Of a stretch of 64,000 nt of DNA, positions 40,383 to 50,415 are shown piece by piece; position 1 is the first letter of the stretch; each line of letters opens with the position of its first letter. A program made the position numbers and the translations under genes. A model generated the notes under the pieces. It ran no database searches. It saw only the letters and a list, made by a program, of their open reading frames with translations, and was not told where the DNA came from. The stretch is from an uncultured delta proteobacterium (GTDB lineage: Bacteria > Desulfobacterota > Desulfobacteria > Desulfobacterales > QNYZ01). Where the stretch lies: positions 1,216,001 through 1,280,000 of the forward strand of contig CAWJQU010000005.1 in the NCBI GenBank assembly GCA_963845145.1, read 5' to 3'.

Positions 40383-40466
40383 GTTTCCAACAAAAAATTA
40401 TCCTATATCTCATACTACGCTAACAGCCCTGATTGACAATCAGGTGCTCACTCTTGAGGAGAATAC

Positions 40467-41885
40467 ATGCTCACAGCATTTCGTAAAACCAAGATCGTCT
40501 GTACCATCGGGCCGGCCACGGCGTCTCTTTCAGCACTTAAACAGCTGATTCGGGCGGGCATGAATGTGGCTCGGCTCAATTTTTCCCATGGCGATCTCAA
40601 GGGGCATCGGGAAACCATAAAAAAAATCCGGCAGGCGGCCAGGGAAGAGAGGCGTGTCGTCGGCATCTTACAAGATCTGGCAGGCCCCAAGATCAGGCTG
40701 GGCCGCATTGACGAACGAAAACTTACCGGTGGTGAAGAAGTGGTCTTGGTCAGTGGCAGCGAGGCAGTGGGTGATGCGTTGCCGGTGAATTACCCCTTTC
40801 TTTGCGAGGATCTCAGCGAAGGTGAGTCTATTTTGATGGCCGATGGGCGGGTGGAACTTCAGGTCGTTGAGGTGAATACGGATCATATTCGTGCCAAAGT
40901 CGTCAATGGGGGCATCCTTACGGCCAACAAGGGCGTCAATTTACCGAGCAGTGATTTGAGAATTGCCGCATTTACCGAGAAGGATCGGGACGATCTTGAG
41001 TTCGGTCTGGCGGAGGGCGTGGATTTTGTGGCGATGTCTTTTATTCGTCATGAGAAAGATATCCAGCCTGTTCGGGAGCGCATATCGGCCAACAGTGATG
41101 GACCGCTGGTGATTGCCAAGATTGAAAAACCCCAGGCCGTTGATCGGCTGGATCCTATCATTGCTGCTGTGGACGGTGTGATGGTGGCACGTGGTGATCT
41201 GGGGGTTGAGATGCCCCTTGAAGGCGTTCCCTTGATTCAAAAAGAGATCATTCATAAAACCCGCACCGCCGGTAAGGTTGTGATCACGGCCACCCAGATG
41301 TTAAGTTCCATGGTGGAAAACCCCAGGCCCAGTCGTGCAGAGGTCACCGATGTGGCCCACGCGATTTTAGACGGTACGGATGCCGTCATGCTCAGCGAAG
41401 AGACTGCCGTGGGGAAGTACCCGATTGAAGCGGTAGCGGTTTTGGATCGGATAGCCTTCAAAACCGAATCGAGCTTGGATCCGAAACGCTTTTTAAAAGA
41501 CGACATCTCCAAAAATCTGCCCCTGTCCAATGGGGCGGTCAGCCGTGCGGCGGCCTGGCTGGCCAATGATATCAATGCCGATTTGATTGTGGCCGCAACG
41601 ACAAGTGGTTCAACTGCACGCGTGATGTCCCGCCTGAGGCCACCGATGCCCATTATCGGTTTAACGGCCAACCCGAAAACCCATCGGCAATTGTGCCTGT
41701 CTTGCGGTGTAATTCCGGCACTGGTACCGGCTTTTGATGATTTGGATGAGATGCTATGGCAGGTGAATCGCTATCTGAAAGAAGAAGCCCTGGCTGAGCC
41801 GGGGAGCCGGGTTATCCTGACTGCCGGAGCGCCGTTAAACGTTCCCGGAACGACCAACCTGATCAAGGTCCTTGAGATCGAATAG
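40467..41885 (+). CDS. pyk: Pyruvate kinase
   Basis: KTKIVCTIGPA, ARLNFSHG, DLAGPKIR, IAKIEK, MVARGDLGVE, TATQML, DAVMLSEETA.G.YP. Confidence 0.97.
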   Translation: MLTAFRKTKIVCTIGPATASLSALKQLIRAGMNVARLNFSHGDLKGHRETIKKIRQAAREERRVVGILQDLAGPKIRLGRIDERKLTGGEEVVLVSGSEAVGDALPVNYPFLCEDLSEGESILMADGRVELQVVEVNTDHIRAKVVNGGILTANKGVNLPSSDLRIAAFTEKDRDDLEFGLAEGVDFVAMSFIRHEKDIQPVRERISANSDGPLVIAKIEKPQAVDRLDPIIAAVDGVMVARGDLGVEMPLEGVPLIQKEIIHKTRTAGKVVITATQMLSSMVENPRPSRAEVTDVAHAILDGTDAVMLSEETAVGKYPIEAVAVLDRIAFKTESSLDPKRFLKDDISKNLPLSNGAVSRAAAWLANDINADLIVAATTSGSTARVMSRLRPPMPIIGLTANPKTHRQLCLSCGVIPALVPAFDDLDEMLWQVNRYLKEEALAEPGSRVILTAGAPLNVPGTTNLIKVLEIE

Positions 41886-42271
41886 CGAAGAGGCAATTCG
41901 GTTGTCGCTTCCGCATTAAAAATATCTCCCGCAGAAACGCCAGACGCAGAGGGGAATCTTTTATCTTTTAGACCATTGACCATCACAGCGCGCTCTGTGT
42001 TCTCCGCGGTAATATTTTTTGTGCTTTCAAGCTTTGTGGCCTCATAGCTTTCAACTTTTTTGCCGTGGACCCACACAGACGGACACGGACAAATTTAAAC
42101 AGCCATTATTTCACCGCCGAGATCGCGGAGACCGCAGAGGATTATAAATACAAAACAGATCTTTTCTTGGCGGGGCAAAATCCCTTCGCCCTTTTTACGA
42201 TACCGACCCCGATTTGGATTTGGGCTAGGATTATTGCAACAGTCTCAATCAGGAGCTGATCCACGCTGGAG

Positions 42272-42300
42272 TTGACGCCTTTTTACCATGTGGCTATAAT
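42272..42300 (+). promoter_or_regulatory. sigma70-type promoter
   Basis: TTGACG-17 bp-TATAAT upstream of the acyl-CoA ligase. Confidence 0.75.
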
Positions 42301-42335
42301 CTAAAATCAAATCTTACTATAAAAGGAGCCGCCTC

Positions 42336-43886
42336 ATGGGATTGCAGGATTTCACCTTTTACGACCTGATCTGTCAAAATGCCGAGACATATGGCAACCG
42401 GGATGCCTGGTATGAAGTTGCCAATGAGCGTTCGGTTTCTTTCGCTGATTTTAAGAAACAAGTCGACCGCCTCGCCCTGGGACTGCAGCAATCCGGGATT
42501 CAAAAAGGCGATCGCATCGGCGTGTTGGGAAAAAACAGCCTTGCCTATTTTACCATTTATGGTGCTGCCGCAGCCTTGGGAGCCATTGTTTTGCCCATTA
42601 ACTGGCGGTTGTCGGCCGAAGAAATGGTTTATAATTTAAATGACTGCACAACAACGGCCCTCTTTATCGATACTGAATTTCAGGGTTTGATTGAAGAAAA
42701 CGTTACGCGATTATCCTCCGTCGATCACTACTTTGGCCTCACTGCGGATGGATCCAGGTATCCGGTCTCCAAGTATCCGGCCATTGATTCTTTAATGGAC
42801 AATGGCGGGGATTTTGAACCGGTGACAGTGGAGAGCGACGATGGCTTCGTTATCATCCACACCGCCGCAGTGGCCGGAAGGCCGCGAGGGGCGTTACTTA
42901 GTCACGCCAATGTGTTGTGTGCCAATATGCATCTTATTCATCTGTTTGGTTTGAGCTGTGATGATGCACATCTGAATCTATTGCCCCTGTTTCATGTGGC
43001 CGGGTTGTTCATGGCTGCCGGCAGCTTTCATGCCGGGGCAATCAATGTCAATATGGCTAAATTCGACGCCGGCCAAGCCGTCGATTTGATCGCTGCTAAG
43101 AAGATTTCAGTGATGTTTGATTTTTCACCCATTTTGGCATCGATTCTGGAAGAACAGGAAAAATCGGGCATCGATATTCAGTCGCTTCGCGCTGTGCTCG
43201 GCATCGAAACACCTGAAACCATTAATGCTTATCAAGATCGTACCGGCGGCTGTTTTTATTGCTTGTACGGACAGACGGAAACCAGCGCCTTGGCGACACT
43301 GGGTCGGTATAACGATCGGCCCGGTTCAGCAGGGCGTCCCATCGCTCTTTCCCGGGTTGCCCTCTTCAACGACGATGACGCGCCGGTAAAGACAGGCGAC
43401 ACCGGCGAAATTGTCATGCAGGGCCCCATGGTGTTTAAAGGCTACTGGGGCTTGGACGCGGAGAACGAGCACACCTTTCGCAAGGGTTGGCATCATACCG
43501 GCGATCTCGGTCGTTTCGATGAGGATGGATTTCTCTGGTTCGAAGGCCGCAAACCGGACAAGGAATTGATCAAACCCGGCGGAGAGAATGTCTACCCTGC
43601 TGAGGTGGAGAACGTGATCTGTGAACATCCGGCCGTAGAAGCTGCCGTGGTGTTCGGGGTTCCTGACCCGAAATGGAAAGAAGCTATCTGTGCGGTCTGT
43701 TCTCTTAAAACCGGAGAGACGATGGCCGAAGAGGCGCTTATTTCATTTGTGGGTGAACGGATCGCCCGATATAAAAAACCCAAATACGTTATTTTTACCC
43801 ACGCGATGCCGCTCCAAAAAGATGGAGCGCCGGATCGAGACAAAATTAAAGAACAGTACAAAGGGCAATTCGACGCTTTCGCGTAA
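42336..43886 (+). CDS. AMP-dependent acyl-CoA synthetase (long-chain fatty acid-CoA ligase-like)
   Basis: Variant P-loop HTAAVAGRPRG, YGQTE, WHHTGDLG, IKPGGENVYPAEVE, ARYKKPK. Confidence 0.9.
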   Translation: MGLQDFTFYDLICQNAETYGNRDAWYEVANERSVSFADFKKQVDRLALGLQQSGIQKGDRIGVLGKNSLAYFTIYGAAAALGAIVLPINWRLSAEEMVYNLNDCTTTALFIDTEFQGLIEENVTRLSSVDHYFGLTADGSRYPVSKYPAIDSLMDNGGDFEPVTVESDDGFVIIHTAAVAGRPRGALLSHANVLCANMHLIHLFGLSCDDAHLNLLPLFHVAGLFMAAGSFHAGAINVNMAKFDAGQAVDLIAAKKISVMFDFSPILASILEEQEKSGIDIQSLRAVLGIETPETINAYQDRTGGCFYCLYGQTETSALATLGRYNDRPGSAGRPIALSRVALFNDDDAPVKTGDTGEIVMQGPMVFKGYWGLDAENEHTFRKGWHHTGDLGRFDEDGFLWFEGRKPDKELIKPGGENVYPAEVENVICEHPAVEAAVVFGVPDPKWKEAICAVCSLKTGETMAEEALISFVGERIARYKKPKYVIFTHAMPLQKDGAPDRDKIKEQYKGQFDAFA

Positions 43887-43973
43887 ACAAAGCTGTGTAA
43901 TATCCAGTCGGTATGTTCAGGAACAAGCCATTGATTTGATTTCATTTGAAATGGCTGCGTTCCATTTTTTGGT

Positions 43974-44549
43974 TTAGTCCTTTTTGATCCCCGCGCTTTT
44001 TTGAGAGATATTTGCTGTTTTGTATAAAAGAAGGCATTTTCGAAACAATATTTCCTGCGCTTGACCCTCGATGGGTGGGATAATTTGCTGGCAGCCAATA
44101 TAAATAGTGTGCAGCATTTCCGCCATAATGACACCCTCTTTTTCATCGTCCAACAGAGCAATGCAGATGGACCTTAGGTAAGCCATCCGTTGCTTGTCTA
44201 TGCGGTACTGATAAGATCGTACCGATTCATCCTGCAAAGACCAAGACCGTATAGCCACCTCGGCGGGAGGGGGATAGCTGAGTGCAGCCTCAGCCAAGTT
44301 GTATAGCTTTTCTTCGGGTGTTTTTCCCATTTCGGATAACTTGATTATTTCCCTTGTCCCTTGCTTTTCAAAAAAGGTCAGCAAACGATTTTTATATTCT
44401 TCAAAGTTTTTAAAATGATGATAAAAGGAGCCTTTGGTAACGCGCAGCTTTGTTGCAATCAACTCTATTTTCAGAGCATTTACGCCGCTTTCCGATAATA
44501 TTTTCAACCCTTCGGATAGCCAATCTCGTTTGCTTTTACCTGCCACCAC
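43974..44549 (-). CDS. TetR/AcrR family transcriptional regulator
   Basis: W...GL..L...G...LKIE.IA..L.VTKGSFYHHF. Confidence 0.9.
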   Translation of the reverse strand: MVAGKSKRDWLSEGLKILSESGVNALKIELIATKLRVTKGSFYHHFKNFEEYKNRLLTFFEKQGTREIIKLSEMGKTPEEKLYNLAEAALSYPPPAEVAIRSWSLQDESVRSYQYRIDKQRMAYLRSICIALLDDEKEGVIMAEMLHTIYIGCQQIIPPIEGQAQEILFRKCLLLYKTANISQKSAGIKKD

Positions 44550-45105
44550 CGACCTCCCTGATGACCCACTGGTTGTCTTTTTTAATAAGTACTACCGGCC
44601 TCAAACCGAATGGTTCTGGGACAATGTTACGATGGAAATTCATCAGTTCGATTCGGTAAGATTTGATACATATGAGCACGTAATCATCGCTTTTGGGGCC
44701 ATCAGGGAAAAAAAGCCGCCACGCACCTTTCCAATATTGATGTTTCAGGTCACTCTCTGTTCGGATGTTTGCCTCTCCGTGAAGTATCAAGTTAGCGTCT
44801 TTTCTCATGTCTCCAAACGCAAGTGTGACGTTTGGATTTGCCTTAATTTCCCGAATTTTTCTAAGTTTGGGATGTGTACCAATCCAAACAACAAAATCAT
44901 CAGGCGATGGTATTGGTTGAACGAGTCTGGCATTTGGGCATCCTGCCTCGCTATTGGTTATCAGAAAGCAGTATTTTGAGTGGTTCAGCATATTTCGAGC
45001 TGTTTCTAAGCAGTGTCCTATCGATGTGTTTAGTGCTTGTTGTTTGTGTGCTTTATAAATATCTAAAAATTTTCTAAGTATTGTTTTTTTTATTTTTTTC
45101 AACAT
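44536..45105 (-). CDS. Pyridoxamine 5'-phosphate oxidase-like FMN-binding protein
   Basis: CFLIT, PNARLV, WIGT....RKIREI..NPNVTL, FFPDGP. Confidence 0.8.
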   Translation of the reverse strand: MLKKIKKTILRKFLDIYKAHKQQALNTSIGHCLETARNMLNHSKYCFLITNSEAGCPNARLVQPIPSPDDFVVWIGTHPKLRKIREIKANPNVTLAFGDMRKDANLILHGEANIRTESDLKHQYWKGAWRLFFPDGPKSDDYVLICIKSYRIELMNFHRNIVPEPFGLRPVVLIKKDNQWVIREVGGGR

Positions 45106-45150
45106 GATCTCTCCGGTGATCCTCTCAACTAAGGGGGGTATTTATTTCAA

Positions 45151-45173
45151 CCATACCATACGGTATGGTATGG
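45151..45173. promoter_or_regulatory. Perfect palindromic operator, probably for the adjacent TetR
   Basis: CCATACCATAC-G-GTATGGTATGG, overlapping a minus-strand TTGATC-17 bp-TATGGT promoter. Confidence 0.75.
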
Positions 45174-45373
45174 ATCAAGAAAAAGATTGTCGTGCAATAG
45201 GTTTAAAAGCCGATCGTTTTTTTAAATGCTTACCGGTATGAGTGGTTTATTATGTGATTACAGCCATGATTCATACTCTTAAAGGTTGGACCATTGTCAT
45301 CTTGCCGATTAGTGTGATAATTATTTCACATAAAAAAAACGTGTATTGCTATCGAAATTCCTTCTAATACCCT

Positions 45374-46156
45374 ATGAAAATACACCCGAATCGAATTATT
45401 CATTTCAAAGGCACTTGCAATTTTCGAGATCTGGGCGGCTATCTCACGCAATGCGGTAGGCAGGTCAAATGGGGTACGGTCTACCGATCCGATCATTTAG
45501 GGTCTTTAACGCGTGCGGATTTAAAACGATTTGAACAGTTGGGTATCCAATTGATTCTGGATACCCGCACGCCTTTAGAGCGCCAATCCCGACCCAACCG
45601 ACTTCCCAAGAACAATGCCCCCCGAACCATCCATTTCCCCATCGAGGTTGGCAACCGAAGCATCGATGAACTCAAACGGAAGGTTTTTTTCGGAAAAACA
45701 GATGATTTGGATCTGCATGACGAATTGATTCAAAACTATAAATTGGGCGTGTCGACCCATGGTAAAGAGATCATGGCCATGATTGATTTGCTCTGTAACA
45801 CGGACAATCTGCCCGTTTTGATCCATTGCAATTCGGGCAAGGATCGAACCGGCATTGCCTGCGCCTTGCTGCTTAGCGCTTTAGGCGTGCCCCGGGAAAC
45901 GATTTTTGAAGATTATCTACTATCTGCCGCCTGCATGGAAAAAATGGTCAATCGGCTTGTTGTGAAAGTAAAGTTAATCAGCCTTTTACGCGCCGATACA
46001 TTACAATTGCGCAACATGTTATCAACCAGACCGGTTTTTTTACAGGCTGCTTTTGACGAAATGAAGCGGCTTAATGGTTCGCCTGGGGCTTACCTTCAGG
46101 CCCTTGGGCTTACCGAATCGATGCGTGAAAAGCTGGTGAACAATTTATGTGCGTAA
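45374..46156 (+). CDS. Tyrosine-protein phosphatase (Y_phosphatase3 family)
   Basis: NFRDLGGY, YRSD.L, HCNSGKDRTG P-loop, DYLLS. Confidence 0.9.
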   Translation: MKIHPNRIIHFKGTCNFRDLGGYLTQCGRQVKWGTVYRSDHLGSLTRADLKRFEQLGIQLILDTRTPLERQSRPNRLPKNNAPRTIHFPIEVGNRSIDELKRKVFFGKTDDLDLHDELIQNYKLGVSTHGKEIMAMIDLLCNTDNLPVLIHCNSGKDRTGIACALLLSALGVPRETIFEDYLLSAACMEKMVNRLVVKVKLISLLRADTLQLRNMLSTRPVFLQAAFDEMKRLNGSPGAYLQALGLTESMREKLVNNLCA

Positions 46157-46186
46157 AGCGGACCCGTATTTTTTTATCTTTCCTTA

Positions 46187-46328
46187 GAGCCAATTTCAAA
46201 ACGTCCCAGTTTGCCCAATTTCGGTGTCAGGCTCAAATTTTAATCCTCGAAATACTCAATGTATTCCTCCGGTTAAAATTTTCGCCTTCCTTGACCTTGA
46301 ACAAACTGGAACATTTTGAAAATGGCTC
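46187..46328. mobile_element. 142-bp palindromic MITE/REP-like element, copy 2
   Basis: Same length, orientation and core (TTTTAATCCTCGAAATAC..AATGTATTCCTC.GGTTAAAATTTT) as 39128-39269. Confidence 0.8.
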
Positions 46329-46355
46329 CTTAAAATAATAAACGGTAAAGGGCGA

Positions 46356-47108
46356 ATGATATATCCTTTCAGGTGCAATGTTTGGCTTTCCTGCTTGTTC
46401 ATTTTAATACTTTGTACGCCCGCGTCTTGGACGTCGGGATCGGACGTAAAATCAGGCCTCACATGGGGAGTGGTGTCTCACAACAACAATCTGGGGATCG
46501 ATCGTGTTGGTTGCTATGGGCGACCTCGTATTGATGGCTCTCAGGATGGCCCTGCATGTGACCCATATCAGGGTGATACACCATGTTCTCAGTATCTGCC
46601 GATCCTATGTGTTAAGACAGAAGGGCTGCCACGACCGAATTATGCCCTAATGGGTAAAGGGCACGCCATGCCCGTGGAATATTATAATGGCTGGGCAGGG
46701 GGGCACCTCGGCCTGACAGAGGTGATACGTGGAAGTGCTCTGACAAGCATTCAGGTCGCGAATGTCTTTTGTGTAGCGGCCCTGGGCGATGGATATCGAA
46801 TGGCGGAGCATCACGATGGTAAATATGTGGCCGGTATGAATGCGAACAACTTTTATGGTGAAACATGGCCATCACCGGATCAATTATCCTCTGGGGGCTG
46901 GCATTGGTTCGCATATGGGAATTTGCCCGGTGACAGCCGGTTTTGGGTTCATATCAACGATCAGCCGCGGGGTAATTGCTGGGAGGCTATTGAAGACGTC
47001 GCCACTAGTAGGGATGATGACGCAACGCCGGCTATTCCAAAAATGACTGAAACAGTGATGCCGGATAAACTGATAGATAATGTGAATCAAAAAAAGAGGG
47101 CTGATTAG
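46356..47108 (+). CDS. Secreted Cys/Trp/Gly-rich hypothetical protein
   Basis: Signal-like N-terminus; CDPYQGDTPCSQYLPILC, YYNGWAGG, RMAEHHDG, RFWVHINDQP.GNCW. Confidence 0.7.
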   Translation: MIYPFRCNVWLSCLFILILCTPASWTSGSDVKSGLTWGVVSHNNNLGIDRVGCYGRPRIDGSQDGPACDPYQGDTPCSQYLPILCVKTEGLPRPNYALMGKGHAMPVEYYNGWAGGHLGLTEVIRGSALTSIQVANVFCVAALGDGYRMAEHHDGKYVAGMNANNFYGETWPSPDQLSSGGWHWFAYGNLPGDSRFWVHINDQPRGNCWEAIEDVATSRDDDATPAIPKMTETVMPDKLIDNVNQKKRAD

Positions 47109-47219
47109 GCGTGGCTTCAACAACAACATAACCAACAAAGCAATTCCCGATTTGAGGAACTAGTTTGATTCGATATTTAGAGCTTCTATCCCAGCTTTTT
47201 ACCCAATTCGTGTTTATAG

Positions 47220-47957
47220 TTATCGCAACGCCGCTTTCGAGAAAATATGCTCGGGAATGTCGGCGTTAAATTCGATGGTTTCGATGATAAACTCGGTCCC
47301 TTTGCCTTTTTTGAGCATGTCTTTGAAGACCATTTTTTTAGGAAACCAGCGCGCCTCCATTTGAACGACATCCGATAGTTCAAGTTTTTTCAACAAACGG
47401 CCGCTTTTTGCGAACAGTTCTTCTTTTAAGGGAATGTTTCTTTCCTGGTCGACCCATAGTTTTCGGGTCTGATAGGCCACCGTTTTTTTAGTAGCGGTCA
47501 ATTTCAACACCCAGCAAGGGCGGTCGTCAATGGTCTCGGTGTCGATGACATCGGCCTGGTAATAATTGGCGAGGTTGGCGTCTTCCATCATATCTTCATA
47601 GGAGAGATCGGAACCCATGACAGACTGCCGAAGCATGTGGCCGGAGATCTGAATGGTGCGATCGGTGGCCGGGGAAAACAGCCACAGCCGGTCTTCGAGC
47701 TTCAACATTTTGGTTCCCCGTTCCCTGGCGGGCGAAGTGTATTCGGTAAAAGCCTTTTCTTCGCCTTGCAGCCACGATTTGGATTCAATCGTCCGGCTGG
47801 CACGTCGGCCGTGAATGACCATTTTTGAGGTCAATACGCGATTATCGGACGACATATTTTGATCGATGCTTTCTAAAATCGCCTTACCGCTGGGATATTC
47901 CGATGCCATCACGGGCAGGCTGAAAAGAAGGACAAGGATACAAGTAGCGGTCTTCAT
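47220..47957 (-). CDS. Outer-membrane lipoprotein-sorting (LolA-like) protein
   Basis: Signal peptide; SPARERGTKML, WLFSP, MGSDLSYED; next to FtsX permeases. Confidence 0.8.
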   Translation of the reverse strand: MKTATCILVLLFSLPVMASEYPSGKAILESIDQNMSSDNRVLTSKMVIHGRRASRTIESKSWLQGEEKAFTEYTSPARERGTKMLKLEDRLWLFSPATDRTIQISGHMLRQSVMGSDLSYEDMMEDANLANYYQADVIDTETIDDRPCWVLKLTATKKTVAYQTRKLWVDQERNIPLKEELFAKSGRLLKKLELSDVVQMEARWFPKKMVFKDMLKKGKGTEFIIETIEFNADIPEHIFSKAALR

Positions 47958-49228
47958 GTTTCAAGCTCCTTGAACAGTTGAGAGGTTTGTCTTCTGTAGA
48001 TGCCGATACCCGCAAACAAGGCCCCCAGGACAGAAGCGAAAAGGCCGGGCACAAACCCGATGACATAACTGGTGGGGGTCACCCTCGCCCTGATTATGTT
48101 TGAAAACGTGATCGTTGAATTCTGCATCATGGTACTGATGTCAAATCCCACATATTGAAGCCAATAAGAAAACGCCAACCCAATGGCCGTTCCCAGTATG
48201 GAACCCGCCGCACCCACGCACGCCGATTCGATAATCAAGGATCTATACAGTGTCCCTTTGGACTCGCCAATGGCCAGCCGTACACCAATTTCTCCGTAAC
48301 GACGAATGCCGTTCATTAAACCGGCATTCCATAAGACGATCGACATGGCAAATACAAATATCCCGACGATCAAAGCGCCGATATACCGGGCCATCCCCAG
48401 AATGACCGCCAGGGTTCCCTGTTCGCCCAGGGCCGTCATAACCGGGGAAAATTCGTCTGCCGGTTTCGAGAATTCCTGTTTAAACCATTGGGCGGTTTCG
48501 ATACTTAAACGATCATCGTAGACGAGATCGTTGGAAAAACCGACAATTTCTCCGGCTGCATCATCCATATCCAGTGCCGAGCGGATGTCTTCAATATCGA
48601 CGACAATTGTCTGTTTATCGATGGCGACCATACCGAAATGGAGGGTGCCACTGATTTTCCAGTTGGTGACAGACATGCTACCGTGCATGGTTGCGGAAAT
48701 AAGCGTAACGGTGTCGCCGATATCGATATTCAGTTTTTGGGCAAAAGAATTACTGATCAGGATGTCTCCGGGTTTGACTGGCATGTTTCCCCGGACGATG
48801 GATTTTTTCAATTTGAGTATTTTGTCCTCAACGGCCTCTTTTCCGCGTAGATCAACACCTAAGCCAAACACGGGCCCCTGGGCGCGGGTTTGCCCTTTTT
48901 CATCGGGAATGTCCATCAATCCACCAAATTTAATTCGTGGCGTCCAGATCCAGCCGGGGCGGTCTTTTTTTAGCAGGGTCAACCATTCGGTGGTGTTAAG
49001 CAGGGCCAGATCGTTGGGCAACTGATCAGACACTTTAGCGTAGGCCTGTGTCACGATTTTGGTATGGCCGGTATCAAATCGGGCCCCGGTGTCTACCATG
49101 TCGCTGATCGCACCATTCATATAACTGTAGAGAAAAACGGTAAGAAAAACACCGGTGCTCACCATGAGGACAGGAAAGAGGCTGCGGGACCGGTCTCGCA
49201 TTAGCCCTTTGAACAAAAAGGTGATCAT
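47954..49228 (-). CDS. FtsX/MacB-like ABC permease
   Basis: RDRSRS, RRYGEIGVRLAIG; start MITFLFKG overlaps upstream stop. Confidence 0.85.
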   Translation of the reverse strand: MITFLFKGLMRDRSRSLFPVLMVSTGVFLTVFLYSYMNGAISDMVDTGARFDTGHTKIVTQAYAKVSDQLPNDLALLNTTEWLTLLKKDRPGWIWTPRIKFGGLMDIPDEKGQTRAQGPVFGLGVDLRGKEAVEDKILKLKKSIVRGNMPVKPGDILISNSFAQKLNIDIGDTVTLISATMHGSMSVTNWKISGTLHFGMVAIDKQTIVVDIEDIRSALDMDDAAGEIVGFSNDLVYDDRLSIETAQWFKQEFSKPADEFSPVMTALGEQGTLAVILGMARYIGALIVGIFVFAMSIVLWNAGLMNGIRRYGEIGVRLAIGESKGTLYRSLIIESACVGAAGSILGTAIGLAFSYWLQYVGFDISTMMQNSTITFSNIIRARVTPTSYVIGFVPGLFASVLGALFAGIGIYRRQTSQLFKELET

Positions 49229-50412
49229 GACAACTTTCCCCTTATGGCATCGGTGGGTTTCATCCCGGCGATTTTGCGGCTGGGTAAAAAACTGACAACG
49301 GTTACCGTCAACAAGACGATCAGGATGGTACCCCCCACCAACCATGCCGAGTAATAAGGAAACATACGGGAGGTGAGGGCAAATCCATATTCTTCAGCCG
49401 TGCCGGGCATGGGTATCCCTTTGAGCGACGTGATAATAAGCAAGGGAATTCCATATATGGCCGCAACAACGACGGCCATCAATCCGTGCATGGCCCCTTC
49501 GAGCGTAAAGAGGGCAATAACCCGGGATCGAACCATGCCAAGTGCCATCAAGGTCCCGATCTCTTTTCGACGTTTAAAAATCGACAACACCTGGGTATCG
49601 AAAATGGCCAGCATGGCCAGAAACAGCAGGATCACATACATGATGGCCCCGCCGACACGCTTGGTTTTTACCATGTCGGTCAGATCTTTCAGGAGATAGC
49701 CCTGGTTTCGGAATGTCCAGCCCGGTAAATCAAGACCGGGTAAATCTGAATAGGTTCCACCACCCGATTCAACGACGATAACGGTTGCCTCATTGGGTAG
49801 AGCGGACATTTGTCGTAATCTTTCCAAGGGTACCCATATCTGGCCCTGATCGATGGTGGGCACGTTGGTGTTCATGATGTCAACAATCTCTCCGTCAATT
49901 GCATCAAAAGTCCCGTTGGCATCGCGCCACTGGATTGTTAGAATATCCGCTACTTTGAGATCGTTTTTCCGCGCCATGATTTTTCCAATCATTACCGGCA
50001 GGATATTGAGGGGCGCACCAAGCGTGGTAGTGGGGATTTCGAGAATTTTCTGACTCGGATCAACCCCTCTGATCAAAACGGATTGCCCTCTCCCCCCGGG
50101 ATAAATGGTGGCGGGTCGAAACAGTATCGGTACGGCCCGGCCGGTTCGAACGAGGTCATTTATTAGTTCGGGAACCGGTCCGTGGCTGTCTTCCCAAGAT
50201 AACGGGTCATAGGGGTCGTAATTTTTATGCCAATATTGTCCCCCGGCAACCTCATCTTTGATCATGTCCCGGGAGGCCTGTCGTTGCATCCCGGTAAATA
50301 GCCCCTGATGCCAGATAATCAAGACGTAAATAAACGACAGAATGCCCACATTCAACCAGGTCCGTAAGCCCGCTCCCATAATATTGCGATATGCCAATTT
50401 AAGCGTAATCAT
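49225..50412 (-). CDS. FtsX/MacB-like ABC permease
   Basis: KLAYRNI, RRKEIGTLMALG, PSRKIA.MKPTDAIR. Confidence 0.88.
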   Translation of the reverse strand: MITLKLAYRNIMGAGLRTWLNVGILSFIYVLIIWHQGLFTGMQRQASRDMIKDEVAGGQYWHKNYDPYDPLSWEDSHGPVPELINDLVRTGRAVPILFRPATIYPGGRGQSVLIRGVDPSQKILEIPTTTLGAPLNILPVMIGKIMARKNDLKVADILTIQWRDANGTFDAIDGEIVDIMNTNVPTIDQGQIWVPLERLRQMSALPNEATVIVVESGGGTYSDLPGLDLPGWTFRNQGYLLKDLTDMVKTKRVGGAIMYVILLFLAMLAIFDTQVLSIFKRRKEIGTLMALGMVRSRVIALFTLEGAMHGLMAVVVAAIYGIPLLIITSLKGIPMPGTAEEYGFALTSRMFPYYSAWLVGGTILIVLLTVTVVSFLPSRKIAGMKPTDAIRGKLS

Positions 50413-50415
50413 GGG

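Noticed and set aside
42752..42783. 15-bp in-frame tandem duplication in the acyl-CoA ligase (SRYPV-SKYPA); similar DLPG-LDLPG in the permease near 49720-49750
   Set aside because: Small loop duplications with no evident functional meaning.
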